Assembly: GCA_025361065.1 (NCBI GenBank)
Contig: JANYAY010000169.1
Location: 1-59,698 of the forward strand
Source of the DNA: Deltaproteobacteria bacterium
Lineage (GTDB): Bacteria; Desulfobacterota; Syntrophia; Syntrophales; Smithellaceae
Length of the DNA stretch: 59,698 bases
Direction of reading: 5' to 3'
A program made the position numbers and the translations under genes. Below, piece after piece: positions 27,006-36,822 of the stretch. Under the pieces are notes generated by a model. That model ran no database searches and was not told the DNA's origin. It saw only the letters and a list, made by a program, of their open reading frames with translations. The first letter of the stretch is position 1. Each line of letters begins with the position of its first letter.

Positions 27006-27491
27006 TTAATATTCGCTTAAAACGGAAAGTCCTCTTTCCCCTACTAAAATTATTCGAGTATGGGTCAATCTTGTCGCAATTAATTTAGCCACAACCTGCA
27101 TAATTTTGAACCCGAGATTACAGTCTTCCTCCATCAGTTTTCTCAAACCGAAGGAATCAAAGGCAATTACTTTGGAATCATCGATGCAAAGAGCTCCAAG
27201 AGTATATAAAAAAGGCTCAACCACTGCTGACCAGCCCATGGACTCCCCTTTAGTGATCATGTCCACTGTAACTTGCATCGGCGGCTTATGCGGGCCCATA
27301 TAATTATCTATAAACAAGACGACTTTACCTTCTTTAACCAGGTAAAGGGATCTGGCGGTATCACCATTTTGGTACATTTGATGCCCGGCCAAATAGCTTT
27401 CTTCGCTCGCCAGGGCCGCCAATTTGTCTAGCTGCTCATCATTAAATTCTTTAAAAAATGCAAATTCCTTTAAAACACTAATGGGGACCAT
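27006..27491 (-). CDS. Stand-alone cyclic-nucleotide-binding (CAP_ED) domain protein
   Basis: LKEFAFFKEFNDEQL, GDTARSLYLVKEGKV, GESMGWSAV; no HTH. Confidence 0.82.
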   Translation of the reverse strand: MVPISVLKEFAFFKEFNDEQLDKLAALASEESYLAGHQMYQNGDTARSLYLVKEGKVVLFIDNYMGPHKPPMQVTVDMITKGESMGWSAVVEPFLYTLGALCIDDSKVIAFDSFGLRKLMEEDCNLGFKIMQVVAKLIATRLTHTRIILVGERGLSVLSEY

Positions 27492-27695
27492 AAACTATCT
27501 CCTTCAGCTTAGATTTAAATGGTTTATCTCTTATATCAGCCTTCAATATCTTATGCCACAAAATTATTTTGCGGGCCAAGCTAAAATCTACATCTTTAGT
27601 CATTTAATCTGTCATTTAATCTTGCTCAAACACCTAAAAAAGATTATAAAAGTTTTACATGAAGATTGCCGAAGGCGGGGGCAGTAGAAGTTCGA

Positions 27696-27793
27696 ATCAA
27701 CCACCTGGCGAGCTCGCTTACGAGGCATGAAATGAACGTCATTATATCGCAGCAGGCTGCGGAGAATTTGCGCTCGTCCCGCGTGAGCGGGAA
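27696..27793 (-). repeat. Family A hairpin repeat (long copy, inverted)
   Basis: Reverse complement of the 869-966 pattern, including ATGAAATGAACGTCATTATATC. Confidence 0.85.
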
Positions 27794-27806
27794 TAAAGGA
27801 TTTTTC

Positions 27807-29147
27807 GTGAAATTAAAATTTTTCGTTTTTATTCTGGTTACATTTTCCTTAACAGCTTGCCTGAAAGCGCCGGAAACAATTAAAGACGTAAGCGATTTAC
27901 AGCAGAATCATCTTGCCTATTTGCAAGACCAGACCAAAAGCAAAGATCTGATTACTCTCGAAAACCAAATTCGCCAAGCCGCAGACTACAACATCATCTA
28001 TTTTTCCGTCTGGCACCAGCGTGAACCTTTTTACGCTAAATCCAATGCTGTGAACATCGATTCCCGAAGATTTGCCGCGAATTTTGGCTTCGGTGAAAAC
28101 AAAAGAAAACATACCGGAGAATGGTATAACAAGCTCGTGCAAAATGCTGCTCTGGATAATTACCCCAATGCCCGCTATCCCGCCATCACTATCCGCAACA
28201 CCTCTCTTCGGTCATTGCCGACGCAGCAGCCTCATTTTTCCAGCCCGGACGGAGACAGCAACGGCTGGCCTTTTGATAATCTGCAACGCTCAGCGGTGGC
28301 CGCCAACACGCCGATTTTTGTCTGTCATTTAAGCGCCGACAAAGCCTGGGCGCTTGTGGAAATTTGTTTCACTTTCGGCTGGATGCCGGTGTCCGATTTT
28401 GGCCGCGTAGACAGCAACTTCATTAAAAAATGGGAATCGGGCCGTTATGCTGTAATTACCAGAGACCAGACGGCAATATTCTATAAAAACGGGCAATTCG
28501 GCTTAAAGTCATCGCTTGGATATCTCTTCCCCCTAGTCGAAGAAACACCGGAAAAAATGGAAATTCTTGTGGCCACGATGAGCATTTTCAGTGACTATGC
28601 CGTTATTAAAAAAAGCTATGTTTCCCGGGATGCGGCAGTAGTCGCGCCCCTGCGGTTAACCTCGCTCAATGCAGTTAAAATTGCCAATGAAATGATTGGC
28701 GAGCCTTATGGCTGGGGTGGACTTTACGGAAACCGTGATTGCTCAGCTATGACCAAAGATTTTTTTGCTGTCTTTGGAATATGGCTGCCACGCAATTCTG
28801 AGGATCAAGTCAAGGAAACAGGCAGTTATGTTAATCTTAGCGGCATGACGCCGGAACAAAAAGAAAAAATAATTTTAGAGAAGGGAATCCCTTATTTAAC
28901 CCTGCTTTGGCGTAAAGGCCACATCATGTTGTACATAGGCGCAAAAGACGGTCAGGCCCTGATATTTCATAATATCTGGGGCGTAAAAACCAAAGACTTA
29001 AGAGGGCGGGAGGGAAGAAAAATCATCGGACAGGCAGTAATCACGACATTGCGACCGGGCCGGGAATTAAGAAACTTTGATGCCGAGGCCGGTGATTTAT
29101 TAACCAACATTTCGGGCATGAGCATTTTAGGAGCCGTTACACAATAA
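27807..29147 (+). CDS. NlpC/P60 cell-wall endopeptidase lipoprotein with SH3b-like domains
   Basis: GTG start after AAAGGA; lipobox LTAC; PYGWGG...RDCS...LPRNS...GHIMLYIG...H. Confidence 0.88.
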   Translation: MKLKFFVFILVTFSLTACLKAPETIKDVSDLQQNHLAYLQDQTKSKDLITLENQIRQAADYNIIYFSVWHQREPFYAKSNAVNIDSRRFAANFGFGENKRKHTGEWYNKLVQNAALDNYPNARYPAITIRNTSLRSLPTQQPHFSSPDGDSNGWPFDNLQRSAVAANTPIFVCHLSADKAWALVEICFTFGWMPVSDFGRVDSNFIKKWESGRYAVITRDQTAIFYKNGQFGLKSSLGYLFPLVEETPEKMEILVATMSIFSDYAVIKKSYVSRDAAVVAPLRLTSLNAVKIANEMIGEPYGWGGLYGNRDCSAMTKDFFAVFGIWLPRNSEDQVKETGSYVNLSGMTPEQKEKIILEKGIPYLTLLWRKGHIMLYIGAKDGQALIFHNIWGVKTKDLRGREGRKIIGQAVITTLRPGRELRNFDAEAGDLLTNISGMSILGAVTQ

Positions 29148-29329
29148 CCACCCCTGCGGGTCTTGTGACCTCGCGTGACCTCCAGGTTATGATGTTATGA
29201 CAAGACCACCATGCTGGTGGCGAGACCACCCATACGGGTGGCAAGACCTGTTCTTTTTCTCTATTTCGATACGGCTCCTTATGCCGTTTGCTATAATGTA
29301 TTGATCAGTGTGTTTTTGAACAATGGCTT
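29131..29329 (+). repeat. Family D repeat (expanded copy with three ACCACC..GG hairpins)
   Basis: Homologous to 4609-4730; overlaps the last codons of the NlpC/P60 gene; contains TGCTATAAT at 29289-29297. Confidence 0.7.
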
Positions 29330-29376
29330 AGCGCCTCGACAACAGTCCAACAACTAAACCTTTTTTCTTTCCAAGG

Positions 29377-30300
29377 ATGATGATGCCAGCAAAGTTAACC
29401 GAAGACCGGAAGCGCATTTCTGAAAGGACACGCAAAATAACTGCATCTCCCGTTGCCGGCAAGAGTCGCCTGCAATTTAGCAACTTGCAAGTAAATAGTC
29501 TAAAGGGACAGGACAGGGCAACAATAGCGCATAAATATAAGATTACTTTGGAATATGACGGCACCAATTACAGCGGATGGCAAAAACAAAACAATGCCAG
29601 AAGCATTCAAGGCACTTTAATTACCGCTGCACAAAATTTTTTAGGCGTCCCGGTAGAAATTCAGGGCGCCGGACGCACCGATGCCGGAGTTCATGCCCTG
29701 GCTCAAGTTGCTCATCTGGAATCTTCCCAAAAAATCAATCCTGAAACTCTGCGGATCGGGCTTAATGATAATTTGCCGGCCAGCATAAATATCCTGCGGA
29801 TCGAAAATGCCCCGCCGCGCTTTCATGCCCGCCATCATGCTGTAAGCCGCAGCTATCTTTATCTTATCGCCCGGAGGCGCACCGCCTTTGGCAAACGTTA
29901 CGTCTGGTGGATTAAAGACAATCTGGATATTAAAAAAATGCAGCGGGCAATCAATGTTTTCGTAGGCTTTCACGATTTTTCTTCCTTCGCCGACAAGAGA
30001 ATGGATAAAGATACATCTACTCAAGTTAATATTGAAAATGTCCAGTTGAAAGAATTTGCCGATATTATTGCCTTGCGTGTTACAGGCTCGCATTTTCTAT
30101 GGAAAATGGTCCGGCGCATTGTCGGCATAACCGTAGAGGCCGGCCGGAGCAAATTCACCATTGGCGATATAGAGCAAATGATCAATTCCCATTCGATTAC
30201 CCCGGCGCAATTTACCGCCCCGCCATCCGGCCTTTTTCTGGAAAAAGTATTATATGAAGGTGATACCCTGCCGGAGATAAAGCCGCCAATTTATTTATAG
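29377..30300 (+). CDS. truA: tRNA pseudouridine(38-40) synthase (start uncertain)
   Basis: EYDGTNYSGWQKQ, GAGRTDAGVHALAQVAH, FLWKMVRRIVG, TAPPSGLFL. Confidence 0.92.
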   Translation: MMMPAKLTEDRKRISERTRKITASPVAGKSRLQFSNLQVNSLKGQDRATIAHKYKITLEYDGTNYSGWQKQNNARSIQGTLITAAQNFLGVPVEIQGAGRTDAGVHALAQVAHLESSQKINPETLRIGLNDNLPASINILRIENAPPRFHARHHAVSRSYLYLIARRRTAFGKRYVWWIKDNLDIKKMQRAINVFVGFHDFSSFADKRMDKDTSTQVNIENVQLKEFADIIALRVTGSHFLWKMVRRIVGITVEAGRSKFTIGDIEQMINSHSITPAQFTAPPSGLFLEKVLYEGDTLPEIKPPIYL

Positions 30301-30368
30301 ATATACAAAACCTTGACAAGGTAAACGCCTTAAGATAAATACTGCGCTGCTTACCGGGTATTATGGAT

Positions 30369-30444
30369 GCCGATGTAGCTCAGCCGGCAGAGCAACTGAT
30401 TCGTAATCAGTAGGTCGCCAGTTCGATTCTGGCCATCGGCTCCA
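30369..30444 (+). tRNA. tRNA-Thr (anticodon CGT)
   Basis: GCCGATG acceptor pairs with CATCGGC; anticodon arm ACTGA-TTCGTAA-TCAGT; T-loop TTCGATT; encoded CCA; 76 nt. Confidence 0.95.
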
Positions 30445-30491
30445 AGTAAAATCAAGGGGTTGCGAAAGCTGCCTCTTTTTTTATGGGTGAC

Positions 30492-30959
30492 TTATATGGG
30501 TGACTCTGGATTATCCATTGCTTCTTTTAAACTTGGTCTTATTGATTGAAGATAGATGTCGGTTGTGGTCGGTCGGGCATGCCCTAACAGTATTTGAATA
30601 TCTGTAATGGGAACTCCCGCGTCCGCTAACCTGCTTGCTCCGTAATGCCTGAGGTTGTGAAAAGTAAACTTTTTTACTCCCGCATCCCTGCAAAGGGTTC
30701 TCATCATCTTACTGCGATATCTGTACTTTTCACCAGCGTTTTTGCCTGACTTGTGACAGAAAACATACTCGCCAATTATAGGCATAGACTCAATGACTTT
30801 TTTGAGCGCTTTATTCTTGGGAATTTTCCTTTCAGTCAGATCGGAATTTTTCGCTTTGCGTGTCCTTAAGACGATGTAACCTTCAAAATCATCCGCCCAT
30901 TGCAATTTGTTGATTTCGTTTACTCTGGCAAGTGAATGGAATTCGTGTACTATGCCCAT
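30492..30959 (-). pseudogene. N-terminally truncated tyrosine integrase
   Basis: ARVNE (box I Arg), FHNLRH, LLGH, TTDIY; no core-binding or arm domain; ends 47 bp from the tRNA 3' end. Confidence 0.8.
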
Positions 30960-31768
30960 CCCCAGTTTGGTTTCTGTGCCGAAGATCCAATCTGTAAAAG
31001 TTCAGGTCTATCTTTTACCGGCACGATCTCCACAACTGTATTGAATATGGGAGCACCACTCTCTTCTTTGCCGCCTATATACACCATGTTGGAATTCAGA
31101 TCCGACATATCGGTATAAATGGCAATATTGTCGCCTGGCATAGCTTCCCTGATATAATTTATCTGCATGGATTTTATGTAATACTGCAAGTGTTTCTCAA
31201 CGGTAAAACAGTCCGTGGCAAAATCAATGTATTTTGCATTATTGATATGCCCGTTGAAATCCGTATCGCTGTAACTGATCGTTTTTTTATACGCGATTTT
31301 TGTATGTGCAAAAGGCTTGATTTGCCCCAGCCTGAAGTTCGTCATGGCTCGTTCTTCAAAAAACTGCGGGTGCTGAACTGCTATTGATTCTGTTTTTTTC
31401 AGTTTCCTTGTTTTTATATCTATTATTATCCACATAGTTACCATTCTTATGATCACATTCCCAGCGGCATCACGTAAAATAAAGTCCCTTTCAAACTCAA
31501 ATTTTTTCGGTTTTTGATGCCATGTTTCTATTGTAATATCCTCGTTCCAGGAAGGATATCTTGCTATTTCCGCCTTGGCGCGCATTAATATCCATGTCGC
31601 TCCACAGCGTTTTTCTATCGCTTCTACGCCGATACCGAGGTTTTCAACATGCAGACTTGATATCTCCTGGAGATAATTAAAAAGGGTGCTTAGTTTTAGC
31701 TTTCTCGTGAAGTCGACATCGTGCAGTTCGACATGATAATTCTTTTTAAAAACAGAGACAGGCTTCAT
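30950..31768 (-). CDS. Acyl-ACP thioesterase (FatA/B-like double hotdog)
   Basis: DVDF, YPSWNEDITIETW, DTDFNGHINNAKY, INYIRE. Confidence 0.88.
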   Translation of the reverse strand: MKPVSVFKKNYHVELHDVDFTRKLKLSTLFNYLQEISSLHVENLGIGVEAIEKRCGATWILMRAKAEIARYPSWNEDITIETWHQKPKKFEFERDFILRDAAGNVIIRMVTMWIIIDIKTRKLKKTESIAVQHPQFFEERAMTNFRLGQIKPFAHTKIAYKKTISYSDTDFNGHINNAKYIDFATDCFTVEKHLQYYIKSMQINYIREAMPGDNIAIYTDMSDLNSNMVYIGGKEESGAPIFNTVVEIVPVKDRPELLQIGSSAQKPNWGWA

Positions 31769-31864
31769 GCAATCCTTTTTTTGCTATGAATTTATTTCCA
31801 GGGAAATTACTTTATTTATTTTTCGATTGTTTTTCAAGTCAACCTTTGGACTGAAGGGGACGCC

Positions 31865-32362
31865 TTATTCTCTCTTGAATATCTTTAAGATAAGAGGATT
31901 ATCACTGCATGAGGTTTCGATGGTCCTGCCCAGTTCATTCTGGTATCCCGTAATAATGGCGGCAACAACCCGATCAAAATACAGGTTCACATAGAAATCT
32001 ATTTCCATAAGACGCTTATGATCAACGTCGCTGTCCATCTGTTCTCTGAACACATGCCATATTTCTCTCTTGATAAGATGAAAGAGCAAAATGAGCTCGT
32101 CCAGAGGGATTCCTTCCCGAAATCTCTGGACCCCAAGATCCGAGTAATAGGCAAACAACGTGTTCTTCGATTTGTTTTCGTCCAGCCACCTTCCCAGTCT
32201 CTCATAAACGTTGCGTATTACCTGGAAAATACGTTCCAGAGAAACATCTTGGGAGATCTCCTGGTAATGCCGGAATTCATCCTTCTTCTGGATCTCCTGC
32301 AACAGGTTTTTTGCAAGATCTTCCGCATTGATTTCTATGATCTTCATAAAATTTTTGTACAT
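31865..32362 (-). CDS. Hypothetical all-helical protein (RsbRD_N / globin-like sensor fold possible)
   Basis: YSDLGVQRFREGIPLDE and LYFDR...GY patterns; AAGGAA upstream. Confidence 0.6.
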   Translation of the reverse strand: MYKNFMKIIEINAEDLAKNLLQEIQKKDEFRHYQEISQDVSLERIFQVIRNVYERLGRWLDENKSKNTLFAYYSDLGVQRFREGIPLDELILLFHLIKREIWHVFREQMDSDVDHKRLMEIDFYVNLYFDRVVAAIITGYQNELGRTIETSCSDNPLILKIFKRE

Positions 32363-32493
32363 GGTTCAATTATTCCTTCTTCCTTTGTTGTTGATGTTTC
32401 TCCTCCTCGCAAAGTTCTCACTGGTTGGGAGTTCTCCCTTTATTTGATAAGGACTCCGCACGCAACATTTATCATTTTTACCCGGCGGACTCA

Positions 32494-32527
32494 AGTATGA
32501 TCTTGTACAGTATGATCTTGTACAGTA
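32494..32527. repeat. 15-bp tandem duplication
   Basis: AGTATGATCTTGTAC x2 plus AGTA. Confidence 0.85.
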
Positions 32528-32544
32528 ATATCCGCTCCTTTGCG

Positions 32545-32700
32545 TTCTTCTGTGGACTATAAGCAGGTTGACATCCATTCTCCGGATTTCCGGATGGTTG
32601 GGAAACATAGCGGAAATACTTACGATAATCTTCTACGAAGCCGAGATATCCACCCTCGTTTTGCCACTATAACCCTTGATGCTTTGAAAGGTCAAGGTAA
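32545..32700 (-). pseudogene. Remnant of an ADP-forming acyl-CoA synthetase ATP-grasp C-terminus
   Basis: One frame across the TAG at 32633-32635 reads IKGYSGKTRVDISAS*KIIVSISAMFPNHPEIRRMDVNLLIV, resembling the LxGYRG..D......SxL...PEIxEMDINP tail. Boundaries approximate. Confidence 0.55.
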
Positions 32701-33062
32701 GATACGGTGCTGGTCGGCAGCCTCGAGAATGCAGTATTTCTTTATGCCCATCACCGCAGCTGCAATTCAGTAATTTCACGGCCGGTCTCAGGTTAAGACA
32801 AAACCGGTATCCAGAAGATTTTGATATAACAGGATTACTTATCGAACTCCGTATGCCTGGATGACAAATAACAATTACACCACAGTCTCCCCTGCACGGG
32901 AAGTGTGAAAAATACGCCTCCTGTTTGATCGACTTTCCTGTTTTTCCCGATAGAACTTTACTTACCTTTGGTCTTAATGTTATGTTTAATCTGCAATATT
33001 GAACCAGCGAAAAGCCTGGAACGATATTATGAATGATGAAAAGAATATAGAGGAGGTGTTCA

Positions 33063-34055
33063 ATGTTTAAAACTGCAATTACGGAAATGTTCGGCATCAA
33101 GTATCCCATCATCTGCGGAGCGATGATGTGGCTTTGTAAACCGTCACTATGCGCGGCTGTTTCCAACGCCGGGGGCATGGGTAACCTGACCGCGGGCAAT
33201 TATGAAACGGCGGATGAGTTTCGCGCGGCGATCCGCGAGACCCGCAAGCTCACGGATAAACCCTTCATGGTGGCTATTACGATTTTGCCTTCAGTCCGGA
33301 TTACGCCGGAGCATCATAAAATGTATGTTACAGTTTGTGCGGAAGAAAAAATCAGCGGTATCGAATTTTCCGGCACACCGCTGGATAAAGTAGCAGGAAT
33401 GGGAGCCGTCGAAATGTTGCAGAAAGCGGGCGTGAAGATGTTCCATAAGGTCGGTGCGCTGCGCCATGCGTTGCATGCGGAGAAGATCGGCTTCGACGGT
33501 ATCTACGCGGCGGGTATTGAAGAAGGCGGACATCCGTTAAATGATGACGTCACATCCATGGTGCTGACGCCCCGGATTGCCTCCGCGGTGAAAATTCCGG
33601 TAGTGACTGTTGGCGGTATTGCCGATGGCCGGACGATGGCGGCAGCGCTTGCTCTGGGGGCACAGGGTGTCATGATGGCCAGCCGCTTTATCGCCACGAA
33701 GGAATGTGATGTCCATGAGAACATCAAGCAGGAGTTGATTCGCAAACAGGAATTCGATACGGTTATCTATGGAAAATCCATCGGGCTTCAGGGACGCGGG
33801 CTGAAATCCAAAGTACTCGACGAAGTCCTGGCTATTGAAGCAAGACACGGTGGTTTTGAGGAACTGATTCCCCTGTTGTCCGGCCAGAAGGTCAAAGAGG
33901 CTTGGGAAAATGGTGATGTGAATTATGCACCGCTCATGGTCGGCCAATCCATCGGCCTGATTAATGATATTCCATCCTGCAAGGAATTGCTGGAGAGAAT
34001 GGCCGCAGAAGCTAAGGATAGCTTATCTATGGCCAGCAATGCTTGTAATGCTTAA
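33063..34055 (+). CDS. Nitronate monooxygenase / FabK-like flavoprotein
   Basis: GIKYPIICGAM, VSNAGGMG, GIEEGGH, GGIADGR, GQSIGLI. Confidence 0.88.
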   Translation: MFKTAITEMFGIKYPIICGAMMWLCKPSLCAAVSNAGGMGNLTAGNYETADEFRAAIRETRKLTDKPFMVAITILPSVRITPEHHKMYVTVCAEEKISGIEFSGTPLDKVAGMGAVEMLQKAGVKMFHKVGALRHALHAEKIGFDGIYAAGIEEGGHPLNDDVTSMVLTPRIASAVKIPVVTVGGIADGRTMAAALALGAQGVMMASRFIATKECDVHENIKQELIRKQEFDTVIYGKSIGLQGRGLKSKVLDEVLAIEARHGGFEELIPLLSGQKVKEAWENGDVNYAPLMVGQSIGLINDIPSCKELLERMAAEAKDSLSMASNACNA

Positions 34056-34299
34056 AACCGCGGAATGGCCTTGGGCAACCTGTGTTGCAAAAGGCCGTTT
34101 CCTTTCATCCATGTGCTATTATTTCATTGACATAAAAGGCTGTTTTGCCCTAAATACCCACTGAGGAATAAAATAAAACAAAAATCCATCTCTGCGCGGA
34201 ATGTATTTTCGTTGAACATACATTTTGCGCTCATTCATTCTTCTGGCAGAAAAATGGAACCCTTTCCGCTGGTGTTCTTAGCTGAGGAGACATATTAAA

Positions 34300-34734
34300 A
34301 TGAATGCCTTAAAAAGAAAACTAACAGTTGTGGAAACGGAAAGATGTGTCGGCTGTCAGAGCTGTATGTTTGCCTGCTCCAGAAGACAAGGAGAAGCGGG
34401 GCTGACAAACTCTTGTATTGCTGTCCGCTCTATCGGCGGAATGGAGCGGGGCTTTACTGTTGTTGTTTGTCACGCCTGCGAAAATCCCCCCTGTGCGAAT
34501 GTTTGTCCCACGGACGCCCTTAAAAAACGAAAAGGCGGCGGTGTTTTGCTCCAAGCGGATGCCTGCATCGGCTGCGGAAATTGCCTTAAGGCTTGTCTTA
34601 TCGGCGCGATTGAAATGGATAAAACCACTATGAAGCCGGCGATATGCATCCACTGCGGCTACTGCGTCTCGTTCTGCCCGCACAATGTTTTAGGCTACAA
34701 CAGGGCAAAAAGTGATGAAGAAAATGCTCAATAA
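34300..34734 (+). CDS. 4Fe-4S polyferredoxin (AOR electron-transfer subunit)
   Basis: CVGCQSCMFAC, CHACENPPCANVCP, CIGCGNCLKAC, CIHCGYCVSFCP. Confidence 0.92.
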   Translation: MNALKRKLTVVETERCVGCQSCMFACSRRQGEAGLTNSCIAVRSIGGMERGFTVVVCHACENPPCANVCPTDALKKRKGGGVLLQADACIGCGNCLKACLIGAIEMDKTTMKPAICIHCGYCVSFCPHNVLGYNRAKSDEENAQ

Positions 34735-36487
34735 AGAATCATTGGACAATGTCCTTTACATAAACCTGTCCAAAAAAACCTTTAAAATTGAAAAGCGCAC
34801 CGAATTATTTGAAAAATACATCGGTGGAACAGGCGTTGCCACACAATTACTCCTGGAAGAATGCCCTCAAGGGATCGACCCTCTTGGTGCGGAAAACCCG
34901 ATTATTTTTGCCGTCGGACCGCTCACGGCTCTTTATCCGTTGGCGTCAAAAACAGTGGCGATGTTTAAGTCCCCACTCACCGGAAATCTGGGGGAAAGTC
35001 ATTGCGGCGGCCGAAGCGCCGTGGCCATTCGTATGGCCGGCTATGGCGCAATTGTTATCAAAGGGGCCAGCGATATTCCCCTCTATTTATCAATACAGAG
35101 CGGCAAAGTGCTTTTTCGCGACGCCTCTTTGCTGTGGGGTTTGCGGACGGATTCAACAGGGCGCATTATCAGGGAAAATGAAACAGGCGCCGGTTTGCGC
35201 ACCATTATGCGGATAGGAAGGGCAGGAGAAAATCTCGTCTCGTATGCTTCGGTGGCAACAGAAACATACCGACACTTCGGCAGATTGGGACTGGGCGCCG
35301 TTTTTGGCGCGAAAAAGCTCAAGGCAATTGTTGTACAGGGGAAATCATCTCTTCCCGTTACCGACTGGAAGCAATATCGTAAAAGCTATGACGAAATTTA
35401 TCAACAGGCGGTTCATTCGCCGGTCATGAAAAAGTACCACGATTTAGGTACGGCGGAAAATGTTTTTCCTCTCTCCGCAAAGGGCGGATTGCCCACAAAA
35501 AATCTCCAGGAAGCAAGCTTCTCTAATGCTCAAGCCATTTCCGGCGAAAATTTTGCGAAGAATTTTTTAGGACGAAGGCTTGCCTGCTCGCATTGCCCTG
35601 TTGGTTGCATTCATATCGCCGCGCTGCGGGAACCATGTACCGCTGAAGACTACTTTTATAAGACGTCGATGATTTCCTATGACTATGAACCAATTTACGC
35701 GCTGGGTTCTCTGCTGGGCATCTCTACTCCGGACGCATTTCTTAGACTTATGGATGTTGTTGAAGCCTGCGGCATCGATGCAATGAGTGCGGGAGTCGTC
35801 CTTGCCTGGGCAACGGAAACATATGCCAAGGGCCTTATCTCGCCAAAAGAAACGCTGGGAATTATACCGTTATGGGGTGACGATTCCGCTTACATTGCCA
35901 TGGTAAAAAACATTGCTGATCGAAAAAATGATTTTTATAAAGATCTCGGGCGGGGCGTGGAGCAGGCCGCACGAATATACGGAAATATAGATGGCGCGCT
36001 GTCCTTCGGCAAGAATGAAATGCCCGGTTATCACACCGGTGCGGGAACGCATATCGGGACGCTCATCGGAATGAGGCACAGCCACTTGGATAATGCCGGT
36101 TACAGCATTGACCAGAAGATGTCGGCAAAAGGCAATGTCTCTCCCCAACAACTCGTCGATGCTCTTCTGGAAGAAGAACGCTGGCGACAAATACTGTCCA
36201 GCCTCGTTGTTTGCTTCTTCGCACGGGGAATTTACACGCCGGAACTGGTTTCTCAATTGCTCGCACTCTCCGGACTGAATATGCCGCCGGGGAAATTAAA
36301 CGATATAGGACGTTCCATTCATCTGCAAAAATACCTGTTTAAGAAACGGGAAGGTTTTTCTTTTGATGATATGCTCATTCCCCGCAGAATTTTGGAAACA
36401 CCAGCCCCCGGTGGCAAAATTGATGAAGAATACATCCGTCAGGCCTTAGTCTATATAAAAACCATCCTCGCAAGCGACAATGGATAG
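34724..36487 (+). CDS. aor: W-dependent aldehyde:ferredoxin oxidoreductase family protein
   Basis: KSPLTG...SHCGG, GRAGEN, GRLGLGAVFGAKKLKA, CSHCPVGC, DYEP, GIDAMSAG. Confidence 0.9.
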   Translation: MLNKESLDNVLYINLSKKTFKIEKRTELFEKYIGGTGVATQLLLEECPQGIDPLGAENPIIFAVGPLTALYPLASKTVAMFKSPLTGNLGESHCGGRSAVAIRMAGYGAIVIKGASDIPLYLSIQSGKVLFRDASLLWGLRTDSTGRIIRENETGAGLRTIMRIGRAGENLVSYASVATETYRHFGRLGLGAVFGAKKLKAIVVQGKSSLPVTDWKQYRKSYDEIYQQAVHSPVMKKYHDLGTAENVFPLSAKGGLPTKNLQEASFSNAQAISGENFAKNFLGRRLACSHCPVGCIHIAALREPCTAEDYFYKTSMISYDYEPIYALGSLLGISTPDAFLRLMDVVEACGIDAMSAGVVLAWATETYAKGLISPKETLGIIPLWGDDSAYIAMVKNIADRKNDFYKDLGRGVEQAARIYGNIDGALSFGKNEMPGYHTGAGTHIGTLIGMRHSHLDNAGYSIDQKMSAKGNVSPQQLVDALLEEERWRQILSSLVVCFFARGIYTPELVSQLLALSGLNMPPGKLNDIGRSIHLQKYLFKKREGFSFDDMLIPRRILETPAPGGKIDEEYIRQALVYIKTILASDNG

Positions 36488-36822
36488 GAAATCAAAATTG
36501 CTGCCGATTCTCTTTCACCCCAAACAGGTTCATCGTATCTGCCTGGGCATTACCTGGCCGGGGGGAAATTACACCTTCGAGCGGGCGGATAGGCTATATC
36601 CGGTTATGAGCATTTCATATCCTGCACAGCAGGAACCGGAACATTACAATTGACGGCAGATGAGCATCAGATATGGACCGCTCCTCGAGTATTTCAGGCC
36701 AGTTTTTCATTGACATACAATACCCCTTGTCTTAAACTCCGCCCGTCAGAGAAGTAATATCTTATCAATTAATTGGACCGCTGATTTAACGACACTGAAT
36801 TTATCTTAATGATAAACGGAGG

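Noticed and set aside
27666-27806. N-terminal 47 aa of the ORF-track NlpC/P60 call
   Set aside because: Read-through of a family A repeat; the lipoprotein signal and RBS point to GTG at 27807.
36480-36712. Small ORF overlapping the AOR stop, with a TGA that could be read through
   Set aside because: Not MoaD/ThiS-like (no C-terminal GG); the TGA is not in a redox motif and has no convincing SECIS.
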